From positions 896,001 to 960,000 of the forward strand of contig CAXXUO010000001.1 in NCBI GenBank assembly GCA_963666485.2: DNA of 64,000 nucleotides. Reading direction: 5' to 3'. The notes beneath the pieces are model-generated. The model searched no databases. It was not told the DNA's origin and saw only the letters and a program-made list of their open reading frames with translations. The position numbers were made by a program, and so were the translations under genes. This DNA comes from Syntrophorhabdaceae bacterium (GTDB lineage Bacteria; Desulfobacterota; Syntrophorhabdia; Syntrophorhabdales; Syntrophorhabdaceae). Positions 9,109 through 18,297 of this stretch are shown piece by piece. The number at the start of each line of letters is the position of its first letter. The stretch's first letter is position 1.

Positions 9109-9705
9109 ATGGACGAACGAGAAATAACCGAACGGATCTGTAAGCTTTTCGAAGACACGGTACCTGTATTGCACGATATATATAAAGGTTTTATGGGCCA
9201 GAAGCTGAATCTCCTGAAAGAGAGCAGGACAAAGTTCCGTGACTCTCTCATAGCGACCCTGCCGGGCGTGGAAAAAATAATCGAGGACAAGGAAAAGAAC
9301 GCGGCCGAGCAGATGTTCATCGCCGCACTTCCCCATTTCCAGCGCATCGCCCTTGCCCTTGACAATCTTGTCGACAAAATGGAAATAAAAGTCGAATCCA
9401 ATATCCTCTTTACCGACAAGGCCCTCGACGAGATCAGGCAGCTCATGGTCGCCGTCGCCGCCGAATTTGTCGATGTGAAGGATTACTGTGCGACACGAAA
9501 CCCCGTTCTCAGGAAACAGATCGACGCCAACCTCGACAAGGTCACAAACCTTATCAACGAATTTGATTCTATCCATCAGAACCGTCTTATCAGCGGCGTA
9601 TGCATGCCCCAGGCATCCTACCTTTACATCGACATGACCGACTCTCTCAAGAGAATGTCCCGCGAGCTTTCATCATTCGCCTCACTTCTCACACCGCGCG
9701 CCTAA
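9109..9705 (+). CDS. Stand-alone PhoU-like domain protein (like the Na/Pi cotransporter C-terminus)
   Basis: 198 aa, helical; ILFTDKALDEI and IHQNRLISGVCMPQASYLYIDMTDSLKRM motifs. Confidence 0.8.
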   Translation: MDEREITERICKLFEDTVPVLHDIYKGFMGQKLNLLKESRTKFRDSLIATLPGVEKIIEDKEKNAAEQMFIAALPHFQRIALALDNLVDKMEIKVESNILFTDKALDEIRQLMVAVAAEFVDVKDYCATRNPVLRKQIDANLDKVTNLINEFDSIHQNRLISGVCMPQASYLYIDMTDSLKRMSRELSSFASLLTPRA

Positions 9706-9718
9706 GATACCGTACATC

Positions 9719-9749
9719 GAAAAAGGCCCTGTCCCCAGGGCCTTTTTTT
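9719..9749 (+). terminator. Rho-independent terminator
   Basis: AAAAAGGCCCTG-TCCC-CAGGGCCTTTTTTT. Confidence 0.85.
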
Positions 9750-9872
9750 CGTAAGGCGTAAGAGCGTAAGGCGTAAGGCGTCAAAAATTGGATAAGAATC
9801 GCTGATTTCGCATCTCGAGACCGAAAGACAGAAGTCGTGGAGTTTTTTGCTTTTACCCCTTACCCCTTACGG
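9750..9872. repeat. Dispersed ~120-bp element with CGTAAGG/CCTTACG heptamer ends, copy 1
   Basis: Near-identical core (gataagaat.gctga.ttcgcatctcgagaccgaaag...gaagtcgtggagtttttt) to 47756-47871. Confidence 0.85.
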
Positions 9873-10072
9873 TTTTCCGAATAGCTTCCTCAGCGGCACC
9901 TCCGTCCGCTCTACCTGCCCCGGTACTTTAAGCCATATCGTTTTGGTTGTCACCCAATGATATCCTGCAGGCCTCCCGCGGCGCAGCACGGTTGCGGCGC
10001 AGTTGGAGCGGGCCAAGAATAGTGTTGAAGGTTTTAACGATTTAATGGGAAAATTCAGCAGGAGGAGACAGC

Positions 10073-12145
10073 GTGAAGGTTTGCGACATCCTGAAAAAGC
10101 AGGGCTGCATAGAAGAGGAACATATCGAGAAGGCGCTGAAGATACAGGCCGGCAGTGCTAAACCTATCGGCACGATCCTTGTCGAGATGGGGGCGGTGAA
10201 AGACGGCGAGCTTGAAGAGGCCCTCACTCTTCAATCCGACCTCGATTCCGAGGGCTTTTCCGACAAGGCCGCTTTCCTCGAGACGATCGACCCCTTTTGT
10301 GGGCTTGACCCGGGCGAACTGGCCGGGATAAGCGAAACCATGGAATGGAAAAGGTTCGACCCGGGCGAAATGATACAGAAGGAAGGGACCACGGACCAGC
10401 GTTTTTATATCGTCAAGAACGGGTTGGCAAAGATCTTCATGGAGAAAGACCGCGAGGAGAAGATCATTGGCTTCTTAGGCGAAGGCGATTTTTGCGGGGT
10501 GACGGCACTTCTGTCCGACGGGGCGAACCCGTCGACGGTGACCGCGGTCGAGCAGACCCTCTGCCTTGTTCAGGACAAGGGCCCCTTCGCCGGGATGGTT
10601 GGGTCGCACCCGGATTTCGTCACGTATTTCAACGGCCTGATCATTCGCCAGTCGAAGAGGGTTTTTACGAAGCTTCTTGCAACGGGCACCGGGACTATGA
10701 CCCAAACCGAGCCGTTCCTCTACACGAAGCGGGTGAAAGACCTCCTCTCTCCGGGGCAATTCTTCCTGTCCCCCGGAAACACGCTGGAAGAGGCAGCCGG
10801 ACGGCTGACCGGAAGCGGGTCCCGCACCGCGGTGGTCCTTGATGCGGATGGCGGCGTTCTCGGGACCTTAGGCCTCGAAGAGCTCGTCGAGGCATCAATC
10901 CTCCGGGGCGAGGCACGTACGCACACGGTCGGCCCCATCGTGAGGAGGGACCCGGCAGTCATCGACGGCGAACATTATTTCTTCGACGCCCTGCACCAGA
11001 TGATGAAGCAGGGCAGGGAAAGCCTCGTCGTGGTGGAGTCGGGCAAGGCCCTGGGTGTGTTGACAAGCCTCGACCTGTTGAAATTCAGGGGACGGGAGGC
11101 GCTGTCGCTCATACGGAGCATCGAAGAGGCGCAGTCCCCCGGCGATCTCAACCTGTTGAGACAGGATGTCGAGAACGTCCTGAGGGTCCTTGTATCGGAT
11201 GGCGCGCTCCCCTCGCATGCCTGCAAGATCGTGAGTGAGCTGAACGACCGGATTGTAAAAAGGACGATCCGGCTGTCCGAAGAGATGCTCGGCGCGCCGC
11301 CTGTACCGTATGCATGGCTGGGCCTCGGCAGCGAAGGCAGGAAGGAACAGACACTTCTTACGGACCAGGATAATGCCCTCGTTTTCGATCCCGCAGCCTC
11401 AGGTCAAGATCCGGCCCGGATACAAAAATATTTTGAGTCCCTGGCGGACACTGTCGTCAATAATCTGAACCAGTGCGGGTTTCCGCTGTGCAAGGGGAAT
11501 ATCATGGCCACGAACCCCCGCTATTTCGGGGACCTCACGTCCTGGATGGCCAAAACGAAACACTGGATAAAGACGGGCACCGAAAAAGGAGAGGACCTGA
11601 TAGACATATACACCTTCCTCGATTTCCGGGCAGTCTACGGGAGCGAATTGCTCGACAGCACGCTCAGGAGGCACGTCGCGGATGAGTTCGGGCGCAACCC
11701 GGCCGCCTTGCGCCTGCTCGCGCAACCCATCATCGACATCCCGGTGCCCCTTGGTTTTTTCAAGAACTTCGTCGTCGAAAAGAACGGGAAATACAAGAAC
11801 ACTGTCAACATAAAGGTAAACGGGCTCCTTCCGCTGACGACCTGCGTGAAACTGCTCGCCTATCACGCCGGGGTGACCGAGGCAAACACCCTTGAACGGT
11901 TGAACGGGCTGAGAGAAAAGGGGATACTGCCTCCGGACCGCTGCGAGTTCATCATCCAGGCCTTCGAGACGTTCCTCGGGCTCAAGATCCAGAACAACCT
12001 GCTGAACCTCGACGAAGGGCGGGACTTCAGCAACAACGTCAACCCTTCGGACATGAACACCCGGCAGAAGCAATTATTGAAAGATTCTTTTCTCGCCGTT
12101 ACGGAGATACAGAAGATAACGAAAGACGTCCTGAAAATGATGTGA
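10073..12145 (+). CDS. MshEN-like + cNMP-binding + CBS pair + DUF294 nucleotidyltransferase-like protein
   Basis: N-terminal 24+5+24 MshEN-like tandem, cNMP domain (FYIVKNGLAKI...GEGDFCG), CBS pair, NT motif GLGSEGRKEQTLLTDQDNAL, CKGNIMATNP and DFR.VYG. Confidence 0.88.
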   Translation: MKVCDILKKQGCIEEEHIEKALKIQAGSAKPIGTILVEMGAVKDGELEEALTLQSDLDSEGFSDKAAFLETIDPFCGLDPGELAGISETMEWKRFDPGEMIQKEGTTDQRFYIVKNGLAKIFMEKDREEKIIGFLGEGDFCGVTALLSDGANPSTVTAVEQTLCLVQDKGPFAGMVGSHPDFVTYFNGLIIRQSKRVFTKLLATGTGTMTQTEPFLYTKRVKDLLSPGQFFLSPGNTLEEAAGRLTGSGSRTAVVLDADGGVLGTLGLEELVEASILRGEARTHTVGPIVRRDPAVIDGEHYFFDALHQMMKQGRESLVVVESGKALGVLTSLDLLKFRGREALSLIRSIEEAQSPGDLNLLRQDVENVLRVLVSDGALPSHACKIVSELNDRIVKRTIRLSEEMLGAPPVPYAWLGLGSEGRKEQTLLTDQDNALVFDPAASGQDPARIQKYFESLADTVVNNLNQCGFPLCKGNIMATNPRYFGDLTSWMAKTKHWIKTGTEKGEDLIDIYTFLDFRAVYGSELLDSTLRRHVADEFGRNPAALRLLAQPIIDIPVPLGFFKNFVVEKNGKYKNTVNIKVNGLLPLTTCVKLLAYHAGVTEANTLERLNGLREKGILPPDRCEFIIQAFETFLGLKIQNNLLNLDEGRDFSNNVNPSDMNTRQKQLLKDSFLAVTEIQKITKDVLKMM

Positions 12146-12247
12146 GTCAGCCCGGCAGTTCGCTGTGGATTTCGGCCCGCCTCATAGTTTAATATTAGTG
12201 CACGTATTGACGTTCCGGGAGCACCGGGATCAAAAAAGACCGGAGGC

Positions 12248-13417
12248 ATGACAGATATGGGTTCATTGACACGGAAAGCGGCTATTGTGGGGGTCGGGCT
12301 GTCCGACCTGGGGCATACCCCTGATAAAACATTTCTCCAGCTCATAACTCAGGCGACCCAGCGCGCGCTCGACGACGCGGGCCTGAAGAAAAGCGATATA
12401 GACGGACTTTTCTCGGCAGGATGGATCACGATGGAGTCGATCATGGTCGCCGAGTACCTCGGCATTCAGCCGGTTTACTCGGACAACACACTGCCCGGCG
12501 GCTCGGCGTTCGAGTTCCACGTCGAGCACGCAGTCGCGGCAATATCGGCAGGTCTGTGCGAAACGGCCCTGATATGTTATGCCGAAACACCGCTTTCCGA
12601 TCGCAAGAGACGCATAAACAGGAGCTTCACGACCGGCAACCCCCACGAAACGGAGGAACAGTTCGAGGTCCCGTACGGCCAGTGGGTGCCCATCCCCACG
12701 TATGCCCTTGCTGCGCAGCGGCACATGTACCAGTACGGGACGACGAGCGAACAGCTCGCCGAGATAGCCGTCGCGGCGCGCAAATGGGCGGCCCTGAACC
12801 CCCTCGCGTCGATGCGCGACCCGCTCACCGTCGAGGACGTTCTCGCGTCCCCCATGCTGTCGACGCCCCTGCGCCTTCTGGATTGCTGCCTTGTCAGCGA
12901 CGGGGGCGGGGCCGTCATTATAACGTCGGCGGAACGCGCGAAGAACCTCAGAAAGAAACCCGTGTGGGTCCTCGGCACCGGCGAGGCGCACACCCATAGA
13001 AGCATCAGCGGGATGCCTGACCTTACCGTCTCGCCGGCAAAGATCTCGGGCGCCAGGGCCCTCTCCATGGCGGGCGTCTCCCCGTCGGATATCGACGTGC
13101 TGCAGTTGTACGATTCATTTACGATCACGGTCCTTTTGCAGCTTGAAGACCTCGGGTTCTGCGCAAAGGGTGAAGGAGGCCCGTTCGTCGCGTCAGGGCG
13201 GCTCGCACCGGGAGGGGCCACGCCGGCCAATACCGGAGGAGGCGGCCTGTCATGTCTTCACACGGGGATGTTCGGCATCTTCCTCCTCATAGAAGGTGCA
13301 TCCCAGCTTCGCGGGGAATGCGGCGAACGGCAGGTTGCCAATGCGAAGCTTGCGCTCTGCAACGGCGTGGGCGGCAACCTCGCATCGAGCGGTACCGTCA
13401 TCCTGGGGGTGGAATAA
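12248..13417 (+). CDS. Thiolase family protein (SCP-x / acetyl-CoA acetyltransferase-like)
   Basis: AAIVGVG, DCCLVSDGGGAV, QLYDSFT, EDLGFCAKGEGG and NTGGGGLS motifs. Confidence 0.92.
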   Translation: MTDMGSLTRKAAIVGVGLSDLGHTPDKTFLQLITQATQRALDDAGLKKSDIDGLFSAGWITMESIMVAEYLGIQPVYSDNTLPGGSAFEFHVEHAVAAISAGLCETALICYAETPLSDRKRRINRSFTTGNPHETEEQFEVPYGQWVPIPTYALAAQRHMYQYGTTSEQLAEIAVAARKWAALNPLASMRDPLTVEDVLASPMLSTPLRLLDCCLVSDGGGAVIITSAERAKNLRKKPVWVLGTGEAHTHRSISGMPDLTVSPAKISGARALSMAGVSPSDIDVLQLYDSFTITVLLQLEDLGFCAKGEGGPFVASGRLAPGGATPANTGGGGLSCLHTGMFGIFLLIEGASQLRGECGERQVANAKLALCNGVGGNLASSGTVILGVE

Positions 13418-13420
13418 GCC

Positions 13421-13831
13421 ATGACGACTGAATATAAAAAACCATTGCCATTCATAAACAACGAGACGAAGCCCTACTGGGAGGCCGCGAGGTCGCACGA
13501 ACTGCTCCTCCGCACATGCCGTGCATGCGGGCAACACTACTTTTATCCCCGCGATTTCTGCCCTTCATGTTTCTCTTTCGATGTCGAGTGGGTGAAGGCG
13601 AGCGGCCGAGGCACCGTCTATTCGTTCACGATCTGCCTTCTCCCCGCAGCGGGCTTCAAGGATGTCGTCCCGTACAACCTCGCGCTCGTGGAACTCGAAG
13701 AGGGCCCCCGGATGATGACCAACATAGTCGACTGCCCGAACGACGACATAAAGATCGGCATGCCGGTAGAGGTCACCTTCGACGACGTCACCCCGGACGT
13801 GACCCTGCCCAAATTCCGCCCGTTAAAATGA
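13421..13831 (+). CDS. Zn-ribbon/OB-fold DUF35 (ChsH2-like) thiolase partner
   Basis: CRACG...PRDFCPSC, ASGRGTVYSFT, VELEEGPRMMTNIV. Confidence 0.93.
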   Translation: MTTEYKKPLPFINNETKPYWEAARSHELLLRTCRACGQHYFYPRDFCPSCFSFDVEWVKASGRGTVYSFTICLLPAAGFKDVVPYNLALVELEEGPRMMTNIVDCPNDDIKIGMPVEVTFDDVTPDVTLPKFRPLK

Positions 13832-13845
13832 CACCCGGTTTTTCA

Positions 13846-13900
13846 CCTTGAACTTTGAACCTTGAACTTTGAATCAAAGCCGTGCCTAGCACGGCTTTGA
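13846..13900. repeat. Heptamer tandem C[CT]TTGAA x4 followed by a perfect hairpin
   Basis: ccttgaa ctttgaa ccttgaa ctttgaa, then tcaaagccgtgc-cta-gcacggctttga, between convergent genes. Confidence 0.75.
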
Positions 13901-14047
13901 ACTTGTATCCGTGACAATGCTCGCATCTTCGAGCTTTTTCTTCTCCGATTTCGCGCATTCCGGGCACTCGGGCGGTTCTTCCTCTCCCGGTATCGCGCTG
14001 TACGTGACACCGCACACCCTGCAGATAAACTCTCTTTTTTCAGCCAT
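13886..14047 (-). CDS. Small zinc-ribbon protein (FmdB-like), 53 aa
   Basis: MAEKREFICRVCG...PPECPEC with two CxxC pairs; GAGGGG RBS. Confidence 0.7.
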   Translation of the reverse strand: MAEKREFICRVCGVTYSAIPGEEEPPECPECAKSEKKKLEDASIVTDTSSKPC

Positions 14048-14138
14048 GCAACACCCCTCGTTCTTATTTCCTTCACATTCAATAAGAACGCCTGCTATCG
14101 CTGTCAAGTCACCAATTCTTGGATGACACCGCATGAAG

Positions 14139-14160
14139 CGTGGAACGTGGAACGTGGAAC
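14139..14160. repeat. Heptamer tandem CGTGGAA x3
   Basis: cgtggaacgtggaacgtggaac. Confidence 0.7.
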
Positions 14161-14174
14161 CTTTTTTTCTTTTT

Positions 14175-15503
14175 TCAGCTCGGTTCGATGAGTGCGATGT
14201 AGAGGTCCATGACATTCGTTCCCGTCGGCCCTGTCATGACGAGGCCGCCGGCTTTTTTGAAGAAATTATAGGAGTCGTTCCGGCCGAGGTATTCTTCCGG
14301 ATCGAGGCCGTGCGCCCGGGCTTCCGGTATCGTGTTCCCGTCGACGAGTGCGCCCGCCGCGTCGGTCGGGCCGTCGGTCCCGTCGGTCCCGCCTGACAGG
14401 AACGTTATCCCGTCGGTCCCGGTGATCTCCTGTGCAAACGCGAGGGCCATTTCCGTGTTCCGTCCGCCTACCCCGTCGCCTTTGACGGTGACCGTCGTTT
14501 CGCCCCCGTAGATAAAGCACATGCCCTGCCTGCCGGGGACCTGAAGCCGCTTCAGCGTCGAAATTGCAGCCGAGGCGAAGCGCCCGGCGATCACACGCGC
14601 CTCGCCCGCGATATTGTTTGCCGGGGCAACAGGAATGAAACCGAGTTCCAGCGCCTTTTGCTGCGCGGCTGCCGTCGCCTTTTGGTTGTTCGCGATTATT
14701 ATGTTCTCCACATGAGCGAAAACAGGGTCATCTTTCTTCGGCGTTTCGGGTATCGTCCCCGAGGCACCGGCATTGAGGCGTGTGAGAACGCCGGCAGGCA
14801 CCTTTTCCATAAGGCCGTATTTCTTGAGGACACCGATCGCGCCTTCATACGTTGCCGGGTCGGGCGCGGTCGGCCCGGATGCTATCACATCGAGGCGGTC
14901 CCCAATGACATCGGAGAGTATCAGGGATATGACGCGGGCCGGATATGCGGCTTGAGCGAGCTGACCACCCTTTACACCGGAGATGTGCTTGCGCACGGTA
15001 TTGAGCTCATCGATCGTGGCGCCTGCCTTGAGAAGGAGGCCCGTCACGGCCTGTTTCTCTGCGAGCGATATGCCGTCCGCCGGCAGTGCAAGCAGGGCCG
15101 ACCCCCCTCCTGATATCAGGGTCAGAACGAGAGATCCCTCACCGGCTTCACGGAAAAGCTGAACGATCTCGCGGGCCGCATCGACGCCCGCCGCATCCGG
15201 AACGGGATGGCCTGCCTCGAACACCCTGATAGACGGCGGAAACACCTCGCTCTTCACGTGCCCGTACTTTGTAAGGACGATCCCCCTGACCGGTATTTCG
15301 CGGGATATCTCTTCGACCGCGGTTTTCGCCATCGGGACGGCCGCTTTGCCGAAACTTGCCAGGATGACTTCCTTCAAACCGCTTTCACGGCAGATACTCA
15401 CGATATGGGGCATGAACCCGCGTACCGACCCGCCGGGCTCGACCGCGCGGATGCCGGCCTCGAAAATGTCACGTATCGCCTGTTTTCGTTCAGCGGGCGT
15501 CAT
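14175..15503 (-). CDS. Glycerate kinase type 2 (DUF4147 + MOFRL)
   Basis: GKAA, EAGHPVPD, LISGGGSAL, SDVIGD..DVIASGPT, GGETTV, GTDGTDGPT and TGPTGTNVMD motifs. Confidence 0.95.
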   Translation of the reverse strand: MTPAERKQAIRDIFEAGIRAVEPGGSVRGFMPHIVSICRESGLKEVILASFGKAAVPMAKTAVEEISREIPVRGIVLTKYGHVKSEVFPPSIRVFEAGHPVPDAAGVDAAREIVQLFREAGEGSLVLTLISGGGSALLALPADGISLAEKQAVTGLLLKAGATIDELNTVRKHISGVKGGQLAQAAYPARVISLILSDVIGDRLDVIASGPTAPDPATYEGAIGVLKKYGLMEKVPAGVLTRLNAGASGTIPETPKKDDPVFAHVENIIIANNQKATAAAQQKALELGFIPVAPANNIAGEARVIAGRFASAAISTLKRLQVPGRQGMCFIYGGETTVTVKGDGVGGRNTEMALAFAQEITGTDGITFLSGGTDGTDGPTDAAGALVDGNTIPEARAHGLDPEEYLGRNDSYNFFKKAGGLVMTGPTGTNVMDLYIALIEPS

Positions 15504-15665
15504 GCTTTGTCCCGATGCATATATGTTTTCGCAGGAAAGAGGACGCTTTTGACCCGGCATGGAGCGAGATGAGGGCCCCGGCGGCCGCGGATTGGGGGTT
15601 TCCGGGACCGCGCGGGGAATTGGGGGTGTGAAGATGGATGTGGGTGGGGGAAGGGCATTGCACTG

Positions 15666-16499
15666 TCACACCTCAACGGGTTTGAAGATAAGGACAATGC
15701 CCATAACGACAAAGACCATGGTCTCCGCGGCGGGTCCCCAGTACCTGCCCGTTATTGCCATGACGAGGCCGAGGACAAAAGCGGAGACGAAAGTGCCCTT
15801 GATGTTGCCGAGGCCCCCGACGAGGACCACGGCGAAGCTGATGAGGAGCACCATCATTCCCATATAGGGATGGACGGATGTAATAGGCGCATACAGCACG
15901 CCGCCAAGGGCGGCGAGGCAGCTGCCTATGACGAAAACGATCGAAAAATACTTGTCAACATTGATGCCGAGGCTCTTCACGGCATCCTTGTCCTCGAGAG
16001 AAGCGGTGACGATCTTCCCGATCACCGTCTTCTTGAAAAAAACGGTGAGCGCGCCAAAGATCACGAGTGCCAGGACAATGATAAGAACGCGGTACATCGG
16101 CAGGGTCACCGAAAAGATGTCTATGTCCTTGCCGATCGGGTCGGAAAGGGGAATGGGGGACGCGCCCCAGATCCACTTGATGATGTCGACGCCGATGAGG
16201 ACAACGGCATACGTGGCGATAATGGCATAGTCGATGGAGACCCCGTACAGCTTGCGGATGACGAAGCGCTCGATAACGTAGCTGATGGGGATGACCGCCG
16301 CCACCGCGATCACGGCACCGAGGAAGAAGTTGTTCCTGACAAAGGGCAGTGACGTGACGAGGAGGTATGCGCCGATCGTGTACACGAACCCGTGCGCGAA
16401 GTTGACTATCCGCATCGTCCCGAATGTGAGCGACAGCCCTATGCTGATAATGTAAAGGATGGCCCCGATGGTCAATCCGTATGCGATCGTGTTTATCAT
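15666..16499 (-). CDS. livH: Branched-chain amino acid-type ABC permease (LivH-like)
   Basis: GLSLTFGTMRIVNFAHG; multiple TM segments. Confidence 0.9.
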   Translation of the reverse strand: MINTIAYGLTIGAILYIISIGLSLTFGTMRIVNFAHGFVYTIGAYLLVTSLPFVRNNFFLGAVIAVAAVIPISYVIERFVIRKLYGVSIDYAIIATYAVVLIGVDIIKWIWGASPIPLSDPIGKDIDIFSVTLPMYRVLIIVLALVIFGALTVFFKKTVIGKIVTASLEDKDAVKSLGINVDKYFSIVFVIGSCLAALGGVLYAPITSVHPYMGMMVLLISFAVVLVGGLGNIKGTFVSAFVLGLVMAITGRYWGPAAETMVFVVMGIVLIFKPVEV

Positions 16500-16504
16500 T
16501 GTCC

Positions 16505-17473
16505 TTACCTCGCCAGCGCGTCGCGCCTCTTACTTACGAGCCCGACAAGAAATCCCCACACGCCCGCCCGGAACCTGAAAACGACGACAAGGAGGGCGAA
16601 CCCGAGGAACATCTCCCATCTGGGTATGTAAGAGGCAAGATAGTTGCTGATGGCCATGTAAACGACCCCTCCCACGATGGAGCCGTACAGGCTCCCGGAG
16701 CCGCCGATCAGTGCCGCAAAGATGACCTCCACTGCCCGGCCGGGATCGATAAAGCTCGGCGTCACGTAGCCGTAATTGATGATCGACAGGGCACCCGCAA
16801 AGGCCGAGATCGCCGTCGAAAGTATAAAAGTCACCCATTTATAGAGAAAGGTGTTATAGCCGAGAAATTTCACCCGGGTTTCGTTCTCCTTGATGGATCG
16901 TATCAGGACCCCGTACGGTGACATGGTGAACTTCTTCAAAAAGAAGTAGACAAGGAGCAGGCAGAAGAGAACGAACCCGAAAACGACCCCTTTGCTGCCA
17001 AAATTGGGAAAAGAGAGCTTCGCAAAGTACGCCGACATGCCGTCCTCGCCGCCCGTTACCTTCGAAAAAGCGACGAGCACGAGGAAGTAGCCCACCTGGC
17101 AGAAAGCGAGGTTGATGAGGGCAAAACAGGCTCCCGTCGTCCTGACAATGATGGGCCCTAAGATGACCCCGACGAGGGCCCCCGCCGCTATGGCCGCAAG
17201 GATCGCGAGAAGCGGGTTGTGGGCGATGTGTTCCGAAAAGAGGGTCACGGCGTATGCGCCGGTACCCAGAAAGAGCGGGTGGCCGAAAGAGAGCCGGCCC
17301 ATGAACCCGTAAAGGAGATTGAAGCCCAGGACGTAGATGCAGAAGATGGCAAAATCGGTCGTCCTGTTTATGCCGAGAAGCGGCAGTATGACGAGGAACC
17401 CGGCGGCTATGAGAGGGATATCCAGGCGCTGCCAGATATTCCCTTTTTTGAATGCAGCATCAACTGTTTGCAT
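16505..17473 (-). CDS. livM: Branched-chain amino acid-type ABC permease (LivM-like)
   Basis: GFNLLYGFMGRLSFGH, TGGEDG and SIKENETR motifs. Confidence 0.9.
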   Translation of the reverse strand: MQTVDAAFKKGNIWQRLDIPLIAAGFLVILPLLGINRTTDFAIFCIYVLGFNLLYGFMGRLSFGHPLFLGTGAYAVTLFSEHIAHNPLLAILAAIAAGALVGVILGPIIVRTTGACFALINLAFCQVGYFLVLVAFSKVTGGEDGMSAYFAKLSFPNFGSKGVVFGFVLFCLLLVYFFLKKFTMSPYGVLIRSIKENETRVKFLGYNTFLYKWVTFILSTAISAFAGALSIINYGYVTPSFIDPGRAVEVIFAALIGGSGSLYGSIVGGVVYMAISNYLASYIPRWEMFLGFALLVVVFRFRAGVWGFLVGLVSKRRDALAR

Positions 17474-17548
17474 GGCCTTTAAGCCTCTCTTTTAAGCGCC
17501 CCCTTACCGTGTCTCGCAAGCGGCAAGGGGGCGGTGTTATCGGATCGA

Positions 17549-18220
17549 TCAAACGAGACTCTTGAGAAATTCCTTGTAGCCCATGACATGACCGATCTTG
17601 GGGAAGATCCATTTTTCAGCGTATTTCTGTTCCTCGTCGGTATCGGTACCTGTGCAGTCGCCGATGACGATGACCCGGTAGCCGTGATCGTAGGCGGAGC
17701 GGGCCGTCGATTCCACGCACCAGTTGGTGTGGAACCCCACGATCGCCACGTGCTCGATCATGTTGACGCGGAGCGTGTAATCGAGGGCGGTCGACCAGAA
17801 GGCGTCGAGGGTCTTCTTGCCGCGGATTATGATATCGCCCTTCTGCGGGGTGAGCTCGGGGATGATCTCCGGGCCGGGTGTTCCCGCTACCCAGGCGCCC
17901 GCCACTTTCTTCCCGTGGAGCTTCCAGCCTGTCGGCATGTCGATCTCGAGCCCTCTCAAGCCGCCCATGCCGGGGCCCTTCTTGTCGATCTCGGGGAAAC
18001 CGGGTTCAAAGGCCTCGAAAGGTATATACATGATCTTCTTGATCTTCGGCCGCGCCTTGTTGACGAGTTCCACGAGGTTCCCGATGACGTTGCGCTTCTC
18101 GAGCTGGTCCGCGATGAACTGGTACATCGAACCGCCGGGCTTCAGGAAGTCATACTGCGGTTCGATAAGGACGATTGCCGTCTTCTTGGCGTCGATCTTT
18201 ATACTTTTTTTTGCTGCCAT
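17549..18220 (-). CDS. Cysteine hydrolase, isochorismatase-like family
   Basis: IEPQYDF (Glu at the usual Asp position), GKKTLDAF and HTNWCVESTARSAYDHGY motifs. Confidence 0.9.
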   Translation of the reverse strand: MAAKKSIKIDAKKTAIVLIEPQYDFLKPGGSMYQFIADQLEKRNVIGNLVELVNKARPKIKKIMYIPFEAFEPGFPEIDKKGPGMGGLRGLEIDMPTGWKLHGKKVAGAWVAGTPGPEIIPELTPQKGDIIIRGKKTLDAFWSTALDYTLRVNMIEHVAIVGFHTNWCVESTARSAYDHGYRVIVIGDCTGTDTDEEQKYAEKWIFPKIGHVMGYKEFLKSLV

Positions 18221-18297
18221 GGTCTTGCCTCCTGTTTTTATATTCGTTTCTGCATCACATCCGGGAGCCAAAACGCCCCCCGCAGGGAATTCAAAAA

